Origin: Hyphobacterium sp.
Lineage (GTDB): Bacteria > Pseudomonadota > Alphaproteobacteria > Caulobacterales > Maricaulaceae
Reading direction: 5' to 3'
NCBI RefSeq assembly: GCF_965229905.1
Contig: NZ_OZ245930.1
Span: 2,407,327 to 2,471,326, forward strand
DNA length: 64,000 bases
The notes below the pieces were generated by a model. The model saw only the letters and a list, made by a program, of their open reading frames with translations, did not search any database and was not told where the DNA came from. Positions 28,373-36,829 of the stretch are shown here, one piece after another. Each line of letters begins with the position of its first letter. Within the stretch, counting starts at the first letter, position 1. A program made the position numbers and the translations under genes.

Positions 28373-29644
28373 TTATTGGTGGCGGGCGACCTGCCAGCGG
28401 CCATAGCGGTCCTGGCACATGCGGACTTCGTCGATCACGAAGCTGCCGTCCGGCATGTAGATCTCCGCATCCCCCCAACGGCACCGCCGGCCGCCATAAT
28501 GGTAATAGTCGCGGGCCACCACGACGCCCCGCACACCCGTATAGGGATTGTGCCAGTAGTACGGGCTGCCGTGCGTGAACGAGTAGTTGACGGCATAGTG
28601 GAACTGGCCGCGATCGCAATCGTTCAGCGCGGAACCGAGGCCGGCCCCGATAAAGCCGCCAACGATCGCACCCGCCGCATCATCGTCCGCAACCGCGACC
28701 CCGAAGATGGCGCCGAGCAGTGCGCCGGCGAGGATCTGGTCGCCGTTTGAACGGCAGCCGCGGTCGTAATAGCGGTAATTGTAGCGGTCATAGCCGTAAT
28801 CATAGTAGCGCGTGTGATAGCGCCAGGAATGGCGCGCCGGCACGCGATAGCTGCGATAGTAGCGACGCGCGTCATGACGGCCGTTCACATATCCGCGGCG
28901 GTAGGCGCCGTGATACGATCCACGCGTCGCGCGGCGACCGTCGCGATAGCCTTGGCGATATCCACCGCGCGTCGTATGGCGACCATCGCGATAGCCGTGG
29001 CGATATCCACCGCGGCGGCCGTCATATAAGCCATTACGGTAAGCATTCTGCCGTCCGCCACGGCCGCGATAACCGTCACCGCGCCCGCCATGACCGCCGC
29101 GATAGCCGTCGCCCCGGCCACCTCTGCCACCACGATATCCGTCGCCCCGGCCACCACGTCCGCCACGATATCCATCACCGCGGCCTCCACGTCCGCCGCG
29201 CGTGCCATGGCCATCGCCGCGATTTCCGCCGCGTGAGCCGAAATCGCGTATGTCCGCGTGGTTTACGCCGCCGGTTTCATTAGGCAGGACCGGCACCGTC
29301 CGGCGACCGCCGCCACCAGCACCATTGCCGCGGCCGCCCCGGCCACCGCGGGCGCCGTCACCCCGTCCGCCTTGACCGCCGCGAGCACCATCGCCGCGGC
29401 CGCCGCGGTTACCGCCGCGAGCACCATCGCCGCGGCCGCCACGGTTACCGCCGCGGGCCCCGCGATCCTGGGGTTCACCGACCTGGCCTCTGGCGATATC
29501 GCGCCGGTCCTGCAGATTTGCGCCGCGCAACTGGTTTTCTGCTTGTTGCACAGCCGCTTCCGCCTCGGGCGCATCGATCGCGAACACAAGCGATACCGCC
29601 AAGCTGGATGCTGCAATCAGGCAGGAATTCTTGAAATTGAGCAT
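28373..29644 (-). CDS. Secreted RGG/RGD-repeat protein with Arg/Tyr-rich region, glycine zipper and Cys-containing C-terminal domain (423 aa)
   Basis: ATG 29644 is preceded by GAGGAGAGG and gives a signal peptide (MLNFKNSCLIAASSLAVSLVFAIDAPEAEA). Repeats GGNRGGRGDGAR x2-3 and RGGRGGRGDGY x4. An R/Y tract (GYRHGYRDGR...RYYDYGYDRYNYRYYDRG). Glycine zipper ILAGALLGAIFGVAV...GAIVGGFIGAGLGSAL. C-terminus CDRGQF...YYWHNPYTGVRGVV...CRW...VRMCQDRYGRW. Confidence 0.8.
   Translation of the reverse strand: MLNFKNSCLIAASSLAVSLVFAIDAPEAEAAVQQAENQLRGANLQDRRDIARGQVGEPQDRGARGGNRGGRGDGARGGNRGGRGDGARGGQGGRGDGARGGRGGRGNGAGGGGRRTVPVLPNETGGVNHADIRDFGSRGGNRGDGHGTRGGRGGRGDGYRGGRGGRGDGYRGGRGGRGDGYRGGHGGRGDGYRGRGGRQNAYRNGLYDGRRGGYRHGYRDGRHTTRGGYRQGYRDGRRATRGSYHGAYRRGYVNGRHDARRYYRSYRVPARHSWRYHTRYYDYGYDRYNYRYYDRGCRSNGDQILAGALLGAIFGVAVADDDAAGAIVGGFIGAGLGSALNDCDRGQFHYAVNYSFTHGSPYYWHNPYTGVRGVVVARDYYHYGGRRCRWGDAEIYMPDGSFVIDEVRMCQDRYGRWQVARHQ
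29068..29199 (-). repeat. Four imperfect in-frame 33-nt tandem repeats encoding RGG(R/H)GGRGDGY
   Basis: Plus-strand units: gataaccgtcaccgcgcccgccatgaccgccgc / gatagccgtcgccccggccacctctgccaccac / gatatccgtcgccccggccaccacgtccgccac / gatatccatcaccgcggcctccacgtccgccgc. Confidence 0.85.
29381..29452 (-). repeat. Two near-identical in-frame 36-nt tandem repeats encoding GGNRGGRGDGAR
   Basis: gcgagcaccatcgccgcggccgccgcggttaccgcc versus gcgagcaccatcgccgcggccgccacggttaccgcc, a single-nucleotide difference. A more degenerate copy lies immediately before, at about 29348-29380. Confidence 0.85.
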
Positions 29645-29747
29645 GGATTGCCTCTCCTCTCGGGATAGCCGCGAAGCGCGACCCATTGCCGGAAGGTTAA
29701 CGAAGCCGCCATGACCCTAACATGAACGCCTGGTTCAGGTCCGGCGG

Positions 29748-30836
29748 TCAGCCCACCTGACCGCGATGGCGAAGATACTGGTCCGCCAGAACCAGCGCCA
29801 TCATCGCCTCGGCGACCGGCACCGCCCGGATGCCGACACACGGGTCGTGCCGACCGCGGGTTTCGATCGTCGTCTCGTTGAAATCGCGATCGAGGGTCCG
29901 GCGTTCGATCCGGATCGAGGAAGTGGGCTTGATAGCCAATCGCAGGACAATGTCTTGTCCCGTGGATATCCCGCCGAGCACGCCGCCATTTCTGTTGGAT
30001 AAGAAGACCGGACCGTCTTCGCCGGCACGCATCTCGTCGGCCGCGTTCTCGCCGCGCAGGCCGGCCGCTTCGAATCCGGCACCGACCTCGACGCCTTTGG
30101 CGGCGGGTATCGACATCATGGCGCCGGCGAGTTCGGCATCGAGCTTGCCATAGACAGGCTCGCCCCAGCCAGCGGGCACGCCGCTGGCGACGACCTCGAC
30201 GACGGCACCGGTCGAGGAGCCCTCGCGGCGAAGCTGGTCGAGACGCTCTTCCCAGCGGGCCACGCTGCCGGCATCGGGCGAGAAGAACGGGTTGCGATCG
30301 ATCTCCTCGTCCGACCAGCTGCCCCGGTCGATGGCGAGATCACCAATCTGAATGAGCGCGCCGCGAATCCGGATGTCCGGGCCGAGCACCTGACGGGCGA
30401 CAGCGCCTGCGGCGACACGCGCCGCGGTTTCGCGTGCCGATGAACGGCCGCCGCCGCGGTAATCGCGCAGCCCGTATTTGGCATCATAGGTGTAATCGGC
30501 ATGGCCCGGCCGCCATTTGTCGCGGATCGCATCATAGTCCTTCGACCGCGCGTCCTGATTCTCTATCAGCAGCGAGATCGGCGCCCCCGTGGTCACCGGT
30601 CCGCCGGTGCGATCGTCCTCGAATACGCCGGACAGGATCTTTACCCGGTCCGGTTCCTGGCGCGGCGAAACATGACGGCTCGATCCCGGACGGCGCCGGT
30701 CGAGCCAGGGCTGGATCAGGTCCTCGGACATTGGCAGGGCGGGCGGACATCCATCGACCACGACGCCGAGCGCCGGACCGTGGCTTTCGCCCCAGCTCGT
30801 CATTCTGAACAGTTTCCCGAATGTATTGTGAGACAT
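29748..30836 (-). CDS. aroC: Chorismate synthase
   Basis: [21 protein letters not shown]-terminus, [18 protein letters not shown], and RHDPCVG. Confidence 0.95.
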   Translation of the reverse strand: MSHNTFGKLFRMTSWGESHGPALGVVVDGCPPALPMSEDLIQPWLDRRRPGSSRHVSPRQEPDRVKILSGVFEDDRTGGPVTTGAPISLLIENQDARSKDYDAIRDKWRPGHADYTYDAKYGLRDYRGGGRSSARETAARVAAGAVARQVLGPDIRIRGALIQIGDLAIDRGSWSDEEIDRNPFFSPDAGSVARWEERLDQLRREGSSTGAVVEVVASGVPAGWGEPVYGKLDAELAGAMMSIPAAKGVEVGAGFEAAGLRGENAADEMRAGEDGPVFLSNRNGGVLGGISTGQDIVLRLAIKPTSSIRIERRTLDRDFNETTIETRGRHDPCVGIRAVPVAEAMMALVLADQYLRHRGQVG

Positions 30837-30885
30837 GACCGGCCCTTTTGCGCTGACCGCAAACTAGATCAGCGTTTTGGCGGCG

Positions 30886-31383
30886 TCACGCTGCCGAGCG
30901 GGCCTTTCGCAGCCAGGCCGCGAACCGGGCCGCCGGAGCCGCGCTGGCAAATTCGTCGATGAATGCGGTCAATCCGCCGGACGATGCGCTCGGGGCCGCC
31001 TCTTCTGTGTCCGCGTGAATGATGATGCGGGCTTGCAGGTTTTCGTCACCGACCGCCGCTATCGTCGTCCCGGATGTGACGTTTGGAGGTATCCGGAAAA
31101 CGGCGTTGCGGCCGCCGATCCGGGCGGTCCGGGTGATGCCGGAAGCGGCCTCTTCCGGGCTCAAGGTAAGATCCAGGCATTCCGGAGCTGCGCGCTCGAG
31201 ATGGCGGACGGCCCGGATGATTTTCGCGAGCTCGGAAAGGGCGGTACGGTTCGCCGTTCCCGTGTCGGGATGCAGGGCAAAGGCACGCTTCCGGAACGCC
31301 GCCTTGGCTTGTGCCAGGCTGGCGCCTCGGTCGAGGCCCAGGGCCGCCAGCGCGGCGCGTGTATCGGGATCATCCGCCCACAT
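30886..31383 (-). CDS. J-domain-containing protein (165 aa)
   Basis: J-domain helix II/III with an HPD tripeptide (AKAAFRKRAFALHPDTG). The C-terminal half has no recognised domain. Confidence 0.65.
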   Translation of the reverse strand: MWADDPDTRAALAALGLDRGASLAQAKAAFRKRAFALHPDTGTANRTALSELAKIIRAVRHLERAAPECLDLTLSPEEAASGITRTARIGGRNAVFRIPPNVTSGTTIAAVGDENLQARIIIHADTEEAAPSASSGGLTAFIDEFASAAPAARFAAWLRKARSAA

Positions 31384-31463
31384 AAAGCGAAACCTAATGT
31401 GAGGAGGGTTCCCGATTGGTTGACGCCGGCAAACCCTCTATATGCGGGACAAAGGAGACGCCG

Positions 31464-32129
31464 ATGACCGCGAAAAAGGACCAGATTCCGCCGTCGCCGA
31501 GCGCGGAAGAATATCAGGCCGCCGCCGATGCCAATGAGGCCGAGATCTTCGACAAGGCCAATCCCTACGCTCTGTTCGGTGACTGGCTGGCCGACGCGAA
31601 GGCCAAAGAAATCAACGATCCCAATGCGATGGCGCTGGCCACTGCTGACACGGACGGACTGCCGGATGTGCGGATGGTCTTGCTGAAAGGCTTCGACGAA
31701 AACGGCTTCGTTTTCTATACGAATCTGGACAGCGCAAAAGGCCGTCAGCTGGCAGACAACCCCAAGGCTGCGCTGTGCTTTCACTGGAAATCGCTGCGGC
31801 GGCAGGTCCGTATCCGCGGGACGGTTTCACCGGTCGATCCGGACGAGGCCGATGCCTATTTCGCGAGCCGCGCCCGTGACAGCCGGATCGGCGCCTGGGC
31901 ATCCAAACAGTCGCGGCCGCTGGAGAGCCGGTTCGCACTGGAAAAAGCGGTGGCCCGGGAAGCCGCTAAATTCGGCCTCGGTGCGGTGCCGCGGCCCGAC
32001 TTCTGGTCGGGGTTTCGGCTAAATCCCTTGCATTTCGAGTTTTGGCGCGACCGGCCTTTCCGGTTGCACGATCGACTGGTGTTCGAGCGCGGCGAGGCGG
32101 GCTGGGCGACGCAGCGCCTTTATCCTTGA
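31464..32129 (+). CDS. pdxH: Pyridoxamine 5'-phosphate oxidase
   Basis: [44 protein letters not shown], and the C-terminal [17 protein letters not shown] lies 6 nt before ATG 31464. Confidence 0.9.
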   Translation: MTAKKDQIPPSPSAEEYQAAADANEAEIFDKANPYALFGDWLADAKAKEINDPNAMALATADTDGLPDVRMVLLKGFDENGFVFYTNLDSAKGRQLADNPKAALCFHWKSLRRQVRIRGTVSPVDPDEADAYFASRARDSRIGAWASKQSRPLESRFALEKAVAREAAKFGLGAVPRPDFWSGFRLNPLHFEFWRDRPFRLHDRLVFERGEAGWATQRLYP

Positions 32130-33046
32130 GCGCGGGACCGCACGAAGGCCTGCAGCGCGGACGCCACGCGTGAGGTCGCTGTCAGCTTGTCCTTCAGGGG
32201 CAGGGCGATCGGCGGATCGATATTCGTCTTGTTGACATCAACGACATAGATGCGGCCGTCATTGCGATCGCGCAACACGTCCATCGCTCCCCATTCCAGC
32301 CCCATGCGCGCGGCAAATTCGATCAATTGCGCCAGCTCCTCGGCGGAAAACGCCTCGGCGGTTTCGACCAGCTTCACTTCGCAATTGATATTGGTGAAGC
32401 GCTTGCCGATTTTCCGCTTCTTGATGAACAGCAACGGCATTTCGCGGCCGACGATGACGCAGCGGTAATCAGCGACCTGGTCCTCACCGCATCGGTTGTC
32501 GATCAGACGCTGATAGGCGCGGCCTTCGGTCTTGGCTACCGGAGCGTGCAGAACGCGGCCGTCGTGGGCGCCATTGACCTCGGATTTCTCAACCACCGGG
32601 CCGACGAATCGCTCGGGATCGACGCCCACTGCATAGCCGAAAGTCTGCTCGAATATGCGTGCCACATGTGTTTTCGATACGTCGCAGCATGCGAAATTCA
32701 TGTGCGCGGCTGTGGCTGGCAGTGCGGGCAGGGGGGCGACGGTCTTGTCTTCGAAATAGATGGTGAGGTCGGCGCGGCTTTCATCTCGGACCACGCGGCC
32801 CCCGATCGCATGCGTGCAGGCCCAGATAAAATACCAGGGACGCGGCTGGTGCGGGGTGAAGGCGATCCGCGGGCCGCGGCGGCGCAGCGACATGATGCGC
32901 CAAACCTCCATACAGAAATAAAACACCAGCCAGTTCAGGCAGACCGCGATGAATTTGCGCCTCAAGGGAAGCTGGTGACCCGTGCTTTTCACGGAGACCA
33001 CCCCGTCCCGATAAGCCCAGTCCGACCACCAAAAGGCGCTGTTCAT
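32120..33046 (-). CDS. ATP-grasp-like hypothetical protein
   Basis: The C-terminal half resembles an ATP-grasp fold ([42 protein letters not shown]). The start is uncertain (ATG 33046, 32911 or 32893). The 3' end overlaps pdxH convergently by 10 nt. Confidence 0.5.
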   Translation of the reverse strand: MNSAFWWSDWAYRDGVVSVKSTGHQLPLRRKFIAVCLNWLVFYFCMEVWRIMSLRRRGPRIAFTPHQPRPWYFIWACTHAIGGRVVRDESRADLTIYFEDKTVAPLPALPATAAHMNFACCDVSKTHVARIFEQTFGYAVGVDPERFVGPVVEKSEVNGAHDGRVLHAPVAKTEGRAYQRLIDNRCGEDQVADYRCVIVGREMPLLFIKKRKIGKRFTNINCEVKLVETAEAFSAEELAQLIEFAARMGLEWGAMDVLRDRNDGRIYVVDVNKTNIDPPIALPLKDKLTATSRVASALQAFVRSRAQG

Positions 33047-33146
33047 GCCTGACGTCCATCCCTGCCGCCCGCTGCGCGGGCACACGCAATTGTGATTAAC
33101 GGCCCAAGCCTTGCGAGGGAAGCCCTGAAACGAGCGGGACTGTATC

Positions 33147-33317
33147 ATGCCGGCATGGATCGAGACGTTGAATTTTCTCTCCGCGCGCTTGCGGCGGGCG
33201 GTTTTCGTCCTGCTGGCACTCGCAGCCCTTCAGGCGATCCCCGGGGCGTTGGCCGTTAACGACGGGGCCGGCGACCTGCATTCCGATAGCCTCACACTGC
33301 GCCGAGCTATTGATTGA
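33147..33317 (+). CDS. Possible 56-codon ORF with a signal-peptide-like N-terminus
   Basis: MPAWIETLNFLSARLRRAVFVLLALAALQAIPGALAVNDGAGDLHSDSLTLRRAID. GC-rich third positions. It is below the ORF-track size cutoff, has a weak RBS, and lies in the gap upstream of the permease genes. Confidence 0.25.
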   Translation: MPAWIETLNFLSARLRRAVFVLLALAALQAIPGALAVNDGAGDLHSDSLTLRRAID

Positions 33318-33371
33318 CTTTCCAGTGCACCGCATGAACGGTGCGTCAAAACCACCAGGGTCAGTGCGTAA

Positions 33372-34304
33372 ATGCTCGGATATGTTGCCCGGCGAATTCT
33401 GATCGCCGTTCCCACAATACTGGTGATAATCACGGTCGCATTCTTCATGATGCGTGCGGCGCCGGGCGGTCCCTTCGATCTCGAACGGCCGATGCCGGAA
33501 GAAGTCCGGCAGAATATCCTCGAGCATTTCGGTTTCGACCGCCCGTTGCACGAACAGTATGTCTCCTATCTGGGCGGTCTGGCGCAAGCAGATCTCGGTC
33601 CTTCGCTGCGGTTCCGCGACAAGACCGTCTCGGACATCATTGTCGAAGGATTTCCGGTCAGCGCCACCATCGGTGCGTTGTCGATCCTTCTGGCACTCTT
33701 TGTCGGATCCATATTGGGATCATTAGCCGCCTTGCGGCAGAACAAGGCGACCGACTTCGCGGTCATGGGCTTCGCGATGGGCGGGATCACCATCCCGCCC
33801 TTTGTGATGGGACCCATTTTGGCGCTGGTGTTCGGCCTTTATCTAGGGCTTCTGCCAATGGGCGGACTGGATCCGCGGCTGGGCATGACGCCCGAACGCT
33901 TGGTGCTGCCCGTCGTCACACTTGCGCTTCCGCAAATCGCTATTGTGTCGCGGCTGATGCGCGCGAGCATGATCGAAGTGCTGCGCTCCAATTATATCCG
34001 CACCGCGCGGGCCAAGGGCCTGTCCGGTCCGGCGGTTCTGTTCCGGCATGCGCTGCGCGCTGCGATCCTGCCCCTGGTCAGCTATATCGGGCCGGCTTCG
34101 GCCGCTCTGGTGACCGGCTCGATCGTGATCGAACAGGTTTTCCAGCTGCCGGGCATCGGCCGGCAATTCGTGATGGCGGCCCTGCAGCGGGATTATACCG
34201 TCGTAATGGGAGTGGTCATTCTTTATGCGTCGCTGATCATCCTGCTGAACCTCTTGGCGGACCTGATGTATGCGACGCTTAACCCGCGGGTGAAGTTCGA
34301 GTGA
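33372..34304 (+). CDS. Peptide/nickel ABC transporter permease (OppB/DppB-like)
   Basis: N-terminal MLGYVARRILIAVPTILVIITVAFFMMRAAPGGPF and EAA-loop region (YIRTARAKGLS). Confidence 0.9.
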   Translation: MLGYVARRILIAVPTILVIITVAFFMMRAAPGGPFDLERPMPEEVRQNILEHFGFDRPLHEQYVSYLGGLAQADLGPSLRFRDKTVSDIIVEGFPVSATIGALSILLALFVGSILGSLAALRQNKATDFAVMGFAMGGITIPPFVMGPILALVFGLYLGLLPMGGLDPRLGMTPERLVLPVVTLALPQIAIVSRLMRASMIEVLRSNYIRTARAKGLSGPAVLFRHALRAAILPLVSYIGPASAALVTGSIVIEQVFQLPGIGRQFVMAALQRDYTVVMGVVILYASLIILLNLLADLMYATLNPRVKFE

Positions 34305-35206
34305 GCACGACCATCGGATCCAAGCTGAACGCGGAAGCGCTCGAAACCGCCGCCGTTGAAGGCCGTTCGTTGTGGGACGATGCGCTGGCGCGGCTGTTGC
34401 GCAACAAGGCAGCCGTCGGCAGCATGATCGTATTGGGCCTGCTGGTGCTGATCGCGGTCGTGGGGCCCTTCGTGTGGCCGCACAGCCATGAAACGATTTA
34501 TCGAGATCGCGTGTGGTTGCAGCCGACGCTCGAGAACTGGCACATTTTCGGCACCGACGCGCAAGGCCGCGACCTGTTTGCGCGGACGCTCGTCGGGTTG
34601 GGCGTTTCGCTGATGGTGGGCGTTGTCGCGTCATTCGTATCACTGGTGATCGGCGTCCTTTGGGGCGCAACGGCCGGATTCGTCGGCGGCCGGGTCGACC
34701 AGATCATGATGCGCATTGTCGACGTGCTCTATTCGCTGCCCTTCATCTTCTTTGTGATCATCCTGATGGTGGTGTTTGGCCGGAACATCATCCTGATCTT
34801 CGTCGCGATCGGCGCGGTGGAGTGGCTGACCATGGCGCGGATCGTGCGCGGGCAGACCATTTCGATCAAGAATATGGAATTCGTCGAGGCGGCGCAGGCC
34901 GCAGGCGTTTCGCGGCTGTCGATCATCCGCCGCCACATTATTCCGAACGTGCTCGGCCCGGTGATCGTCTATGTGACGCTGACCATCCCCGTCGTCATTC
35001 TGGCGGAAAGCTTCCTGAGCTTCCTGGGGCTGGGTGTGCAGGAGCCGCTGACCTCGCTCGGCCGGCTGATTGCTTCGGGAGCTCAAGACATGCAGATCGC
35101 GACCTGGACGCTGATCATCCCCGCCGCGACCATGATGCTGACGCTGTTCTGCTTCAACTTTATCGGCGATGGCGTCCGCGACGCCATCGATCCGAAAGAC
35201 CGCTGA
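34301..35206 (+). CDS. Peptide/nickel ABC transporter permease (OppC/DppC-like)
   Basis: OppC-type N-terminal domain and EAA loop (FVEAAQAAGVSRLSIIRRHIIPN). Its start overlaps the upstream stop. Confidence 0.9.
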   Translation: MSTTIGSKLNAEALETAAVEGRSLWDDALARLLRNKAAVGSMIVLGLLVLIAVVGPFVWPHSHETIYRDRVWLQPTLENWHIFGTDAQGRDLFARTLVGLGVSLMVGVVASFVSLVIGVLWGATAGFVGGRVDQIMMRIVDVLYSLPFIFFVIILMVVFGRNIILIFVAIGAVEWLTMARIVRGQTISIKNMEFVEAAQAAGVSRLSIIRRHIIPNVLGPVIVYVTLTIPVVILAESFLSFLGLGVQEPLTSLGRLIASGAQDMQIATWTLIIPAATMMLTLFCFNFIGDGVRDAIDPKDR

Positions 35207-36004
35207 TCAGCGTTCGCGCCGCACGCGCAGCGCCCGGCCGGTGCCGTTGATCTGCAGGAAGTAGCTGTCGAGGGCGGCGCGGCGGATTTCCGCAAACATT
35301 TCCTCATTGTCATTGTAGCGGAAGCGGTCGGTGTTCGATTGCACCCAGACCTGGCCATTGGTCATGTAGAAGCGGTGGCGGCCATAGCCGATCTCGCGAA
35401 TACGCTCGATCTGCATGACGATGCGTTCGACGCCGCCTTCATTGTCGCGCTCGACGACCTGCACGCCATTGATGGGTTCGGCGTCCGAGGGACGGGTATT
35501 GGTTTCGCTGCCCCGGTTGAACAGGCCGAGACGCGGCATGCGCGAAAAGACCCCGCCGCTGTCCTCGCCGGTTTCCGGCGGGCTGGCTTCGGGTTCGGGC
35601 GTGTCCGCGCGGGCCATTTGCGTCGACGGGACCGCTGGCTCAGCGGCGGTGCCGGTCCCGGTGCCGGCCATGCGTTCCGGCGTGGTGCCGGGATCGAGTG
35701 GATCCGGCGCGTTCGAACTGCCGCGGAACAGGGAGAGGCTGAGCCCGGGCATGCTCGGCAGGTCGAAGCCAAACGAATCTCTCTCCACACCTTCGATATC
35801 GGTCCGGTAGACCGCAACCAGGCCATCGTCGCGTTCGCCGGCCAGACGCATGGCCGCGGCATCGAAACAGGCGAGGCGTGCGCCTTCATCGGTGATCCCC
35901 TGACAGCGCAGAATATCGTCGATCGGATCGGTCGTCTGCGCCAGGGCCGGCGATGTCAGCGCCAGCCCGCAGGTGAAAACCGAGGTCAGATAGATGTGTT
36001 TCAT
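35207..36004 (-). CDS. Secreted hypothetical protein (paralog 1 of a tandem pair)
   Basis: Signal peptide (…LTSPALAQ), CQG...RLACFD motif, Pro/Thr/Glu-rich linker, and a conserved C-terminal domain (…TNGQVWVQ…AALDSYFLQINGTGRALRVRR). Confidence 0.7.
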   Translation of the reverse strand: MKHIYLTSVFTCGLALTSPALAQTTDPIDDILRCQGITDEGARLACFDAAAMRLAGERDDGLVAVYRTDIEGVERDSFGFDLPSMPGLSLSLFRGSSNAPDPLDPGTTPERMAGTGTGTAAEPAVPSTQMARADTPEPEASPPETGEDSGGVFSRMPRLGLFNRGSETNTRPSDAEPINGVQVVERDNEGGVERIVMQIERIREIGYGRHRFYMTNGQVWVQSNTDRFRYNDNEEMFAEIRRAALDSYFLQINGTGRALRVRRER

Positions 36005-36038
36005 GGCGTGTTCCCTGATGGCGGCTGGCCGCCCGTTA

Positions 36039-36701
36039 TTATTGCTCGCGCCGGGCCCGGAACCAGCGGCCCCGCCCGTTGAGCTGCATCATGTGCGATC
36101 CGAGCGCCGCGCTGCGAACGCCGACGAACATCTCGGTGAAGGGCTGGCGCCGTGAGTAAAGCACCCGCGTATCGTCGATCTGGCGCCAGACCTGTCCGTT
36201 CTGCAGGGTGATGATCATCCGGTCATAGGCGTCGCGGCCGATGTCCTGCACGGCGAGGCCCTCGATCCGGGTAATTTCACCGGCGTCGTTGCGCTCGACG
36301 CGCCGCGCCGCGACCGTTGCGGACGCCGCCGCACTGTTGGTGGTCGACGCGACCGGATCCGCGCCGGCCGCAACGGCATCGGCGAGATCGGCAGATGCGG
36401 TCCCGGACATGGACGGCAGGCTGACGGAGGGCAGGCGCGGCAGGCGGAATTGCGGGATGTCCAGGCCGTAGGTGGCTTCCTCTGCGGCCTCGATCTCGGA
36501 TCGCTCGACGGCGACGAGTTCGCCTGCATTCTCCGACCGGTAAAGCGCTTCGACCTGAGCATCGAGGCAGGCGAGGCGGTCGGCATCGTTCTCGAGGGCG
36601 CGGCAGGAAAAGAGCGGAGAGAGCGGCGAGTCGCCCGACTGGGCCAATGCGGTTGTTGAAGCCAGCGCTGAAATGAGGATGGCCAGTAATCGGGTGTTCA
36701 T
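36039..36701 (-). CDS. Secreted hypothetical protein (paralog 2 of a tandem pair)
   Basis: Start at ATG 36701 (MNTRLLAILISALASTTALAQ). Same architecture as paralog 1: CRA...RLACLD motif, Ala/Ser-rich linker, and C-terminal …QNGQVWRQ…AALGSHMMQLNGRGRWFRARR. Confidence 0.7.
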   Translation of the reverse strand: MNTRLLAILISALASTTALAQSGDSPLSPLFSCRALENDADRLACLDAQVEALYRSENAGELVAVERSEIEAAEEATYGLDIPQFRLPRLPSVSLPSMSGTASADLADAVAAGADPVASTTNSAAASATVAARRVERNDAGEITRIEGLAVQDIGRDAYDRMIITLQNGQVWRQIDDTRVLYSRRQPFTEMFVGVRSAALGSHMMQLNGRGRWFRARREQ

Positions 36702-36829
36702 GGTTAACTTGCTATCGCTTGATGAGTTTCGCAGACTATGCGTGAGCGTCAGGTCGCTGTCGACCGTGTGACGCAATGCCATGTGAAGAGTTTTAGACTG
36801 ATCGATCGGGAACGGAGAGGGTCCTGACC

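Noticed and set aside
28880-29460. Regularly spaced short repeats that could superficially suggest a CRISPR array or a minisatellite.
   Set aside because: The repeat units are contiguous with no spacers. Their lengths are multiples of 3 (33 and 36 nt), and they lie in frame inside a CDS. No cas genes or leader sequence are present.
27230-29668. Multiple long ORFs in other frames and strands across the low-complexity genes (27230..28306 +, 27643..28059 -, 28720..29283 +, 28885..29214 -, 29258..29668 +, 29263..29616 -).
   Set aside because: They are a by-product of the repetitive GC-rich codon composition. Only the chosen minus-strand frames begin with an RBS plus a signal peptide and end in a shared, non-repetitive C-terminal domain.
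33096-33587. A 163-aa minus-strand ORF and the 33341..34282 plus-strand ORF around the start of the permease gene.
   Set aside because: Both overlap the well-supported OppB-like frame (33372..34304). Neither has motifs.
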